Assembly (NCBI GenBank): GCA_021847645.1
Contig: JAJZQG010000003.1
Span: 26,775 to 90,774 of the forward strand
DNA: 64,000 nucleotides
From: Myxococcales bacterium
GTDB lineage: Bacteria; Myxococcota_A; Polyangia; Polyangiales; Polyangiaceae
Direction of reading: 5' to 3'
Under the pieces are notes generated by a model, which was not told where the DNA came from, made no database searches, and worked only from the letters and a program-made list of their open reading frames with translations. Position numbers and translations under genes: made by a program. Each line of letters starts with the position of its first letter. Within the stretch, counting starts at the first letter, position 1. Below, one piece after another: positions 21,201-29,514 of the stretch.

Positions 21201-21248
21201 ATGCTGGCGCGTCCGTGCGGGATGCGTCGCCCGACGTGCGGACGGTAG
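18210..21248 (+). CDS. fusion protein: CBM48 + GH13 alpha-amylase-family catalytic domain + C-terminal radical SAM domain with degenerate SPASM/twitch-like tail
   Basis: Single uninterrupted 1012-aa frame (GTG start). CBM48: VELFGEMGDW...YAYKLRVDGTWQIDPDNP. GH13 regions: GVTVLYLTPVH, GMRVLLDLSFAHAG, GVDGLRLDAAAEVP, GEVV, FLSTHDHARF. Radical SAM: FSLTERCNLRCRHC (aa 699-706), GGESLTS, LLSNG, VSVSLDG. Tail: CRAPWELACIAPNGDV...GPVLGNVVESSLQAVW. Confidence 0.7.
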   Translation: MHRFGHPPQPLAGSPTRRIVLEVRLERPAQRVELFGEMGDWLTPRLLDGDGITFGTSLDLPDGVYAYKLRVDGTWQIDPDNPRTRSSRGERNSLLVVGGTPEPIVFAPTLPFVFVDESGFLQVTAGLRKSAGDTLGVRWAEDADTAEHLSAMSCLAEEDEHRVMRAAIPASTPNVHIRFELADGTLVGHGDAAEPFVARREPAPWPSWWPEAVLYAIFVDRFRPSADRADWERNPGIDVAAGGHLDGIRRSLGELGELGVTVLYLTPVHVAATCHRYDVVDPFRVDPAIGGEESFRALLDEAHGMGMRVLLDLSFAHAGRGFPPFEDVLSHGRDSRFAGWFQWSDGEPPALRHYGKRADAPLFDLDHADVRAMVVDAARHWARLGVDGLRLDAAAEVPHELAREVNGAFKELRRDGIVLGEVVPAHAWRWRQERSVDVAYDFGFQSAVADYAASRTIDAAEAARRLLAGSLARGGPETASLRFLSTHDHARFATIARLHHDPSRVPLGLLLLAASPGVPGLLYGEEVGLAADVLELLPEHAWQDRAPMPWDRTRRNEQLRTLVRRLLSLRKSTRALLRGDAAVVFAEGPWLVMRREAAAQAVDVAVNASDEPVELDLEDDRLEVIEPLVQVGQVRVNGQSVTLGANSGLIARRSVAHAAARARRQFDANVSMAESEFRAGACGVRSRPRRLDFSLTERCNLRCRHCINDSPARTERRSARSMTEGVLDRLRGDLAFADYFGFVHGGESLTSPLFFELLAAIRTEKRGMPYVVHLLSNGMMLTAEAARRFAELGGSSVSVSLDGATAATNDAVRAGARFDTVVANLREVVRMRRETKADLRIGISCVVLRRNLGELGALVDLAAEVGLDWVKLEELVDKSEFAHGELPEEAATRQAVARAIEHGRGRGLVMVEHVFPSPVWRCQLDEHPGAREFLEADEFANRSRIDPCRAPWELACIAPNGDVRMADFWGPVLGNVVESSLQAVWSGEAARAERERAMLARPCGMRRPTCGR

Positions 21249-21278
21249 CTGTCAGAGGTCCGGGGGCGCGATGTCCAG

Positions 21279-22124
21279 CTACTGCCCGTTCTTGCGCTCC
21301 AGCACGCGCGCGTACACGTCGCGCTTGGGTCGCCCGCTCCAGGCCGCCACGCGTTCGGCCACCGTTCGCGTGTGCGTTCCTCTCGCCAGTTCCTCGTCGA
21401 TGCGCGCGTCCACCGCCGCGTCGTCTGGTGCCTCGCCGGTCTCGCGCTTCCAGGCGCCGAGCACGACGGTGATCTCGCCGATCCATTCCCGATCGTCGGC
21501 AGCCAGCTCCTGCAAGGTGCCGCGAAGCACTTCCTCGTGCACCTTCGTCAGCTCCCGCGCGATGATGGCCTGCCGCTCCGGCATCGCGTCGGCCATCGCC
21601 CGCAACGCTTCCGTCATGCGGTGCGGTGCCTCGAACAGCACGACGGGTTCCGCGCGCTGTGCCAGCTCGGCCACGGCTGCCGCCAGCTCGCCCTTTCCCC
21701 TGGGCAGGAAGCCCGCAAAGTAGAAGGGTCCGTCCACCAGCCCCGACAGCGCCACGGCGGTCGTCACCGCCGACGCTCCGGGAAGCGCCTCCACCGGCAC
21801 ACCGCGCTCGATCGCGATTCGCACGATCGCCACGCCCGGGTCGCTCACGCACGGCATGCCCGCGTCGGTCACCAGCGCCACGTCGCTGCCGCCTTCGAGC
21901 CATCGCGCCACGCGCTCCAGGTCGGCTTGCATGGCGTTGGCGTCCAAACGCGTGAGCCGCGAGCCGTCCGCTCCTAGGTGCGACAGCAGCTTGATCGTGC
22001 GCCGCGTGTCTTCCGCCACGACGTGCGCACACGTTCGAAGCAGGTCCGCGGCGCGGACCGTGATGTCGCCCAGGTTGCCCAGGGGCGTCGGCACCAGATA
22101 CAGCTTGCCCGATGGTTCTGCCAC
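21279..22124 (-). CDS. rsmI: 16S rRNA (cytidine1402-2'-O)-methyltransferase RsmI
   Basis: MAEPSGKLYLVPTPLGNLGDITVRAADLL...VAEDTRRT matches the tetrapyrrole-methylase fold typical of RsmI. Confidence 0.85.
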   Translation of the reverse strand: MAEPSGKLYLVPTPLGNLGDITVRAADLLRTCAHVVAEDTRRTIKLLSHLGADGSRLTRLDANAMQADLERVARWLEGGSDVALVTDAGMPCVSDPGVAIVRIAIERGVPVEALPGASAVTTAVALSGLVDGPFYFAGFLPRGKGELAAAVAELAQRAEPVVLFEAPHRMTEALRAMADAMPERQAIIARELTKVHEEVLRGTLQELAADDREWIGEITVVLGAWKRETGEAPDDAAVDARIDEELARGTHTRTVAERVAAWSGRPKRDVYARVLERKNGQ

Positions 22125-22128
22125 GATG

Positions 22129-23283
<1,155 letters not shown>

Positions 23284-23355
23284 GTCATATCATCGGACGG
23301 CGTCCCTTCGTAGGATTCGCCGCGCTCGATTCGATGACCGGCGCGAAACTTGGTG

Positions 23356-24135
23356 TCACGCGTCGCTGCCGGGGCCTGCCTCGTCGCGCGTGGGGGCGCG
23401 CCGTGCATCGAAACACGCCTTGCAGTACACGTCCCGGCCAGCCGTCGGCTCGAACGGAACCTGCGCGACGCCGCCGCATTGCGCACAGACCGCATCGAAC
23501 ATCGCTCGCGGACGACGACGTCGGGCCCGACGCTCCCCGCCTTCGGCCGCCCCTGGCCTAGCCGCGCGAGCTGCATCGTCGCCGCGCCGACGGGGCTGCC
23601 CCTCCGCCCCGGTGGAAAACTGACCGGCCATCGGGCTTCGGTAGTCATTCGTGTCTCCGACGATCTGACGCTGGTATGCGTACGCCCGCGCTTCGTCGCC
23701 GCGATCCGGCCGACGCCCGAACCTGCGCCGTGCCCCGGCGCCCGCGTGCGCTTGCTCCCCGCCCTGCATCGGGCTCCGATACTCGTTGGGATCGCCGATC
23801 GCGTTGGGATCCCGCGCCCAGATGTCGTCGTCCTCTTGCTCGCCGCCATCGGTGGCGACCGTCCGTGTCGGACGCCAGTCCCGCATCTTGGGCGCTGTTG
23901 AGTACGCGCCCTGCATCGGGCTCCGATACTCGTTCGGATCCCCGGTCGCATAGGACGGCGTCGCGGCTGGTTGAGGCTGCGACGCCTGCTGCCGCTTGGT
24001 GCGCGTCCGGCAGCTGCGACATGTGGCCGGCGGCATCGGCCAGCCCCGCCGCTGGAAGTACGACGCATCCTCCTGCGAGAACGTGAACGTCTTGCCGCAA
24101 TCCCGGCAGACCAGATCCTGATCCTTGTTGTCCAT
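23356..24135 (-). CDS. double zinc-ribbon protein with three GDPNEYRSPM-type repeats in a disordered core
   Basis: N-terminal CRDCG...CRSC and C-terminal CAQCGG...CKAC flank the repeats GDPNEYRSPMQG x2 and GDTNDYRSPMAG. The ATG (MDNKDQ) is at 24135. Confidence 0.55.
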   Translation of the reverse strand: MDNKDQDLVCRDCGKTFTFSQEDASYFQRRGWPMPPATCRSCRTRTKRQQASQPQPAATPSYATGDPNEYRSPMQGAYSTAPKMRDWRPTRTVATDGGEQEDDDIWARDPNAIGDPNEYRSPMQGGEQAHAGAGARRRFGRRPDRGDEARAYAYQRQIVGDTNDYRSPMAGQFSTGAEGQPRRRGDDAARAARPGAAEGGERRARRRRPRAMFDAVCAQCGGVAQVPFEPTAGRDVYCKACFDARRAPTRDEAGPGSDA

Positions 24136-24377
24136 GGCTTTCCCTGCGAGTCGGCGTCTTTCTGCCATGTCGCATGGCCCGGTCAAGCGGGATCGTCGCG
24201 ACCTGTCCCCGCGCGGCCGCGGCCCATTTCCTCACGGGGCCCGACAGCGCCTTTTCTCCGGGTGGCCCGCGCATCGTCGCGATTGCCGCCGTTGCTTGCG
24301 GCCCATCGGTGCCCCGGGCACTTTGCGACGTTGACACCACGCCGTCCGACCGTCTACTTCACGAGCAGCATTCCGCC

Positions 24378-25766
24378 ATGACTCTCGCAGCCCTCGGCCT
24401 GTCCGCGAATGACTTCGACGCCTACCTCCCGGAGCGCGCGAGCTCCAACGCGTTTTCGCGCCCCAGGCTCGAGTTCAAACAGCGCGCGCTCGCGTGGGCT
24501 CGCGGCGTGACCGCCCGGCTCGCCCAGCTCGGCATCGCCGTCGATGTCCACGGATCCGACGAGCACCCCAGCCTGTGGAACCACCACCGCGTCGACTGCC
24601 AGTGGGTCTTCTTCTGGAGCCAGGCCGACGAGCGCGCGGACATCGACGCCCTGCTCGACCTGCGTCGCGGCATCGCCCAGACCGTCCGAGACCCGTCCCC
24701 CGCGTTCCGCCACGCGTTCCTCGCGCTTCGTGTCGATTCGGAAGGCGTCGAGATCTGCGTGCAGGTCCACCCCGATGCCTGGCTGGACTTCGAGACGGTC
24801 GCTGCTCGGCTCCACGACGGCGCGCGAGCCGTGTCCCTGGTCGGCGCCTTGTCCAAGCTGCCCGACGAGTTCGGCTTCGGCGTGGGACGCGAGCTGTTCG
24901 CGCCCTGCGAGACCGCCACTGTCGACAGCTTGCTCGACGCTCTCGGCCAGGCGCGCCAGCGTCCCGAAGCGCTGTGGGTCGGCTGGAGGATCCCTCGGGC
25001 CGTCGCCGTCGAGCACACGGCGCTTCTCGATGAGCAGCTCGAGGACGCGATCGTGGCGCTCGCGCCTTTGTACCGCGAGCTGTCATGGCGCGCGGACGAC
25101 GACCCGGCGGGCCTGCGCGGGCAGTTGGACCAAATGCGAAGCGATACCCAGCGTCACGTGGCCGAGCGCGTGGCGCAGGATGAACGACGCAAGGCGGAGG
25201 ACGAGGCGCTGCGTGTCGAGACGACCGAGAAGAGCCGCGAGCGCACGCGCGAGAAAGTCGACTACGCCGCGCGCCCCAACGTCACGCTCGCCAACCTGTT
25301 CAAGTCCGACTCGCCGGCCGCCGCGCCCGCCCCTGCCAGGCAACCTCGCGCGCCCCATCCACAGCTCCCTGCGCCGTCGCCCGGCAAGCCGGCCGCCGCG
25401 CCCGCCGAACCCCGCGAGCCCGCCGCATCCCGCCGCCCGCCGCGCGAAAAGGCCGGGTCCAGCCGACCATCGCCCCGGCGCGATGCGCCCGTTGTCGAGA
25501 CGCCGCGCGACTTCCGCGATGCCGAACTGGTCGACGACCCGGACGGTGTCCTCGACAAGGGCGCGAAGGTTCGCGTGAACTCCGGGCCGTTCGCCGGCAA
25601 GGTGGGAGTCGTGGGTGAGCTCGATGGCCGCGGAGGCGCACGCGTGCTGCTTGGCCTGCTGTCCACCCGCCTCGCTGTGGCCGAGCTGTCCGTGCTGGCC
25701 GAAGCTCGCGACCGCCCGCCCATGCACTCTTCCCACCGCCATCCTCCCCTCCGCTCGGGAAAGTGA
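24378..25766 (+). CDS. hypothetical protein with Pro/Ala-rich linker and C-terminal KOW-like motif
   Basis: MTLAALGLSANDFDAYLP... The C-terminus GAKVRVNSGPFAGKVGVVGELDGRGGARVLLGLL resembles a NusG-type KOW. Confidence 0.5.
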   Translation: MTLAALGLSANDFDAYLPERASSNAFSRPRLEFKQRALAWARGVTARLAQLGIAVDVHGSDEHPSLWNHHRVDCQWVFFWSQADERADIDALLDLRRGIAQTVRDPSPAFRHAFLALRVDSEGVEICVQVHPDAWLDFETVAARLHDGARAVSLVGALSKLPDEFGFGVGRELFAPCETATVDSLLDALGQARQRPEALWVGWRIPRAVAVEHTALLDEQLEDAIVALAPLYRELSWRADDDPAGLRGQLDQMRSDTQRHVAERVAQDERRKAEDEALRVETTEKSRERTREKVDYAARPNVTLANLFKSDSPAAAPAPARQPRAPHPQLPAPSPGKPAAAPAEPREPAASRRPPREKAGSSRPSPRRDAPVVETPRDFRDAELVDDPDGVLDKGAKVRVNSGPFAGKVGVVGELDGRGGARVLLGLLSTRLAVAELSVLAEARDRPPMHSSHRHPPLRSGK

Positions 25767-27583
25767 AGCAGGCAGGCCCGCTGCCCAATCAGCCTGCGAA
25801 ACCCATGCGGTCCGCGCCGGCAGGCCTTTGGTCTCACTTCCGCCGGCAGGCCCCCGCCTACGCGCTCGGTGCCCTGCTGCTCGCCGCGCTCCAAACGCTC
25901 ATGAGCGTGCGCGATCGCCTCCTGCGCGCCGGCGTCAACGCCGCCCTCGCTTCCAACGCGTCCGCCACCATCCGCGTCGTCGTCCTCATTCTCGTCGTCG
26001 TGGTCTCCGCCGCGGGCATCCGCGTGCTGTCTCGCATGACCATCTTCCACGCCGGGCGCATGGCCGAGTACGAGATCCGCAACCTGCTCCTGCGGCGCTT
26101 GCTCGTGCTCGGCGTCTCGTTCTTCCGTCGCATGCCCACCGGCGAGATCATGAGCCGCGCGACCAACGACCTGACCCAGGTCCGCCTGCTGCTCGGCTTC
26201 GGCGTCCTGAACGTCGTCAACACCCTCTTTGCCTTGATCAGCGCCCTGTCCGTCATGATCGGCGTCTCCGGACGGCTCACCCTCGCCGCGCTCGCTCCCT
26301 TCCCGTTCCTGGTGTTCGTCACCCGCGGATACGGCCGCGCCATGTTCCGTCGCACCCGCGACAACCAGGCCGCCATCGGAGAGCTGAGCGAGCGTGTGCA
26401 GGGAAGCCTCGCGGGCGTTCGTGTCGTGCGCGCTTTCTCCCTCGAGGAATCCGAAAAGCGCGCCTTCCACGCCGCCAGCTTGGGCTACCTCGGCAAGGCC
26501 CTCGCCCTGGCCCGCCTTCGCGGCTTCATGGGCCCGACCATGAGCGCGATCGGCGCCACCGGCATGCTCGTGGTCTTCTGGTACGGCGGCTACCTCGTCA
26601 TGACCGGCCACATGAGCCACGGCGATTTCGTCGCCTTCTGGGCGGCGCTCTCGCGCCTGACCTGGCCCATCATGGCCTTCGGCTTCGTCGTATCCATGGT
26701 CCAGCGCGGGCGCGCAGGCTACGCACGCATCCAACATATCTTCGAGGCCGATCCGGACGTGGTCGACGGCTCCCGCCCGGCGCCTGCCCACGTGCACGGC
26801 TCCCTCGAGGTTCGCGCTCTCGGCTTCTCCTACCGCAACGGCAAGGTCCTCGACGACGTCTCGCTCCGCGTCGACGCCGGCCGATCGCTGGCGATCGTCG
26901 GCCGCGTGGGCAGCGGCAAGTCCACGCTCGCTGCCCTGCTCGCACGCCTGCTACCGACTCCGCGCGGCACCGTCTTCGTCGACGGGCACGACGTGTGCGA
27001 CCTGCCCCTGTCCTCGGTTCGCCGCGCCATCGGATACGCACAGCAGGATGCGTTCCTCTTCAGCACCACCGTGGGCCGCAACGTCGCCTACGCGCTCGAC
27101 GACCCGGACACGGTCCAGGGCGTGGCGAGAGTGCGCGAAGCCATGCGCGATGCGCAGATCCTCGACGAGGTCGAGCTGCTGCCCGACGGCCTGGACACGG
27201 TCGTCGGCGAGCGCGGACTGCAGCTGTCCGGCGGCCAGAAACAGCGTGTCGCCCTGGCTCGCGCGCTGCTCTACGAGCCGGCCATCGTGCTGCTCGACGA
27301 CCCGCTGTCGGCTGTCGACGCCCGCACCGAGGCCGCGATCCTCCAGGCCATCGACCAGCAGATCCGGCAGCGCACCGTCGTGCTCATCACGAGCCGCGTG
27401 GCCGCTGCCGCACGTTGCGATCGCGTGATCGTGCTCGACCGCGGACGCATCGTGGAGTCCGGCACCCACGAGCAGCTCGCATCCGCCGGCGGCGTGTACA
27501 GCAGGTTCGTCGAGGAGCAGCGTCTGCAAGGCGAGATCGAACGCGCGGGCGACGCCGCCCTGGCCACCGAGGGCGCCTCATGA
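25763..27583 (+). CDS. ABC transporter permease/ATP-binding protein (type I exporter half)
   Basis: Six-TM domain followed by Walker A GRVGSGKST, signature LSGGQKQR and Walker B. The stop overlaps the start of the next ABC gene. Confidence 0.85.
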   Translation: MKQAGPLPNQPAKPMRSAPAGLWSHFRRQAPAYALGALLLAALQTLMSVRDRLLRAGVNAALASNASATIRVVVLILVVVVSAAGIRVLSRMTIFHAGRMAEYEIRNLLLRRLLVLGVSFFRRMPTGEIMSRATNDLTQVRLLLGFGVLNVVNTLFALISALSVMIGVSGRLTLAALAPFPFLVFVTRGYGRAMFRRTRDNQAAIGELSERVQGSLAGVRVVRAFSLEESEKRAFHAASLGYLGKALALARLRGFMGPTMSAIGATGMLVVFWYGGYLVMTGHMSHGDFVAFWAALSRLTWPIMAFGFVVSMVQRGRAGYARIQHIFEADPDVVDGSRPAPAHVHGSLEVRALGFSYRNGKVLDDVSLRVDAGRSLAIVGRVGSGKSTLAALLARLLPTPRGTVFVDGHDVCDLPLSSVRRAIGYAQQDAFLFSTTVGRNVAYALDDPDTVQGVARVREAMRDAQILDEVELLPDGLDTVVGERGLQLSGGQKQRVALARALLYEPAIVLLDDPLSAVDARTEAAILQAIDQQIRQRTVVLITSRVAAAARCDRVIVLDRGRIVESGTHEQLASAGGVYSRFVEEQRLQGEIERAGDAALATEGAS

Positions 27584-29439
27584 ACGAGCCCTCGACACCT
27601 CGCAAGACGTCTCGCACCGAGGAGGTGCTGCGCGCGTTCCACGAGGAGCGCGACGTCGGCGCCCAGCTCGACCGGCGCCTGGCCGCGCGCGTCTGGCCCT
27701 TCGTCCGCCCGCACACGCCGCTGCTCGGCTTGTCCATGCTCGTGCTCGTGGCCGTCGCCGGCTTGGGGCTCGCGCGGCCCCTGATCATGCGCCGCGCCTT
27801 CGAGGGCAACGAGACCACTCTCATGCACGCGGGCTTCGTGCTCGCCGGCGTGATCCTCGTCGAGCAGTTGTTGGTGTTCGTCCAGGTCTACTCGATGCAA
27901 GTCGCGGGCGCGCGCGCTATGCACGACCTGCGCGTGCGCGTGTTCGAATTCCTCCACGGCCAGAGCCTGGCCTTCTTCGACCGCAGCCCCATCGGCCGCC
28001 TGGTCACGCGCGTCACCAACGATACCGACTCCATCGGCGAGGTCTTCGCCTCCGGCGCTCTCAATGCCCTGGGCGACTTCATCCGCCTCGCCGGCATCGT
28101 CGTCATGATGCTGCTGCTCGACTGGCGCATGTCCCTGTTCGCCTTCGCCCTGGTGCCTCCCATCTTCGTGCTCGTCGAGCTCATCCGGCGCCAGGCCCGC
28201 AACGCATTCCGTGCCATCCGCGTCAAGCTCGCCCGCCTCAACGCCTTCCTCAACGAGCAGGTCCAGGGCATCTCCGTCGTGCAGAGCTTCTGCCGCGAGG
28301 AGCAGACCGCCGTGGAGTTCGACGACATCAACCGGGCCTACCGCGACGCCAACTTCCGCGCGATCACGCTCGAAGCCACGGTCGACGCCTCCATCGAGAT
28401 GGTCTCGAGCATCTGCATTGCCTCGATTCTCTGGTACGCCGGCGCCCACGCGCTGCGCCACGAGGTCACCTTCGGAACGCTCGTGGCCTTCGTCGCCTAC
28501 ATCGAGCAGTTCTTCGGCCCCATCCGGGACCTGAGCTCGAGCTACACCGTGCTGCAGTCCGCCATGGCCAGCGCCGAGCGGGTCTTCCAGCTGCTCGACA
28601 GCCACGAGCCCGACGCTCCGGTCGATGCCGCGCGGGCAGCGCATGCCTCGTCGTCCGACGGCAAGCAGGGCGGCTTCGAGCTCGACGGCGTGACGTTCGG
28701 ATACCGGGCCGACGCCGACGTGCTTCACGACGTGACCATCCGCGCCCGAAAGGGCGAGAAGATCGCCATCGTGGGCCCGACCGGCTCGGGCAAGTCCACG
28801 ATAGCCGCGCTGCTCCTGCGGCTTCGCGATGCCGATCGCGGGACCGTGCGCGTGGACGGCCGCGACGTGCGCACGATGGAACGCCACCAGCTTCGCAAAC
28901 GGTTCGCGGTGGTGCCCCAGGAGCTGTACCTGTTCCGCGGAACATTGGCCTCCAACGTGGCAGTCGGCGATCCGAATCCGGACCGCGCGCGCGTCGAGCA
29001 GGTGCTGCGGCGCGTGGGCGCGGGTGACTTGATCGATGCCCGCGAAGGGGGCATCGACGCGACGGTCGACGAGCGTGGCGCAAACCTGTCCGTCGGCGAG
29101 CGGCAGCTCATCGCCTTCGCCCGGGCGTTGTACAGGAATGCACCGATTTTGCTGCTGGACGAGGCCACGGCGAGCATCGACTCGGACACCGAATCCAAGC
29201 TCCAGGCCGCCCTCGCCGAGCTGTTGGAGGGCCGGACGGCGCTCGTCATTGCGCACCGCCTATCGACGATTCGGGCGGCGGATCGGATTATCGTTTTGCA
29301 CCGCGGGCACGTCGTCGAAGAGGGCACGCACGACGAGTTGGTCGAGCGCGACGGCTTGTATGCGAGATTGCACCGGCTGCAGATGGCGAGGGGGAGCGAG
29401 GGGACCGTTCCGCGCGCGACGGCTCGTGCGCCCGCCTAG
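27580..29439 (+). CDS. ABC transporter permease/ATP-binding protein (type I exporter partner half)
   Basis: The ATG overlaps the upstream stop (ATGA). TMD followed by GPTGSGKST, LSVGERQL, LLLDEATASID. Confidence 0.85.
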   Translation: MNEPSTPRKTSRTEEVLRAFHEERDVGAQLDRRLAARVWPFVRPHTPLLGLSMLVLVAVAGLGLARPLIMRRAFEGNETTLMHAGFVLAGVILVEQLLVFVQVYSMQVAGARAMHDLRVRVFEFLHGQSLAFFDRSPIGRLVTRVTNDTDSIGEVFASGALNALGDFIRLAGIVVMMLLLDWRMSLFAFALVPPIFVLVELIRRQARNAFRAIRVKLARLNAFLNEQVQGISVVQSFCREEQTAVEFDDINRAYRDANFRAITLEATVDASIEMVSSICIASILWYAGAHALRHEVTFGTLVAFVAYIEQFFGPIRDLSSSYTVLQSAMASAERVFQLLDSHEPDAPVDAARAAHASSSDGKQGGFELDGVTFGYRADADVLHDVTIRARKGEKIAIVGPTGSGKSTIAALLLRLRDADRGTVRVDGRDVRTMERHQLRKRFAVVPQELYLFRGTLASNVAVGDPNPDRARVEQVLRRVGAGDLIDAREGGIDATVDERGANLSVGERQLIAFARALYRNAPILLLDEATASIDSDTESKLQAALAELLEGRTALVIAHRLSTIRAADRIIVLHRGHVVEEGTHDELVERDGLYARLHRLQMARGSEGTVPRATARAPA

Positions 29440-29514
29440 TGCTACTCTGCGGCCGAAACGTCGAGGGAAGATGGACGGCCACGTGCCGTATCAAGAATCG
29501 GAGGTGGATACTCA

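Noticed and set aside
25615-29439. 1274-aa single ORF
   Set aside because: It is a stop-free run-on spanning two real ABC transporter genes that start at 25763 and 27580.
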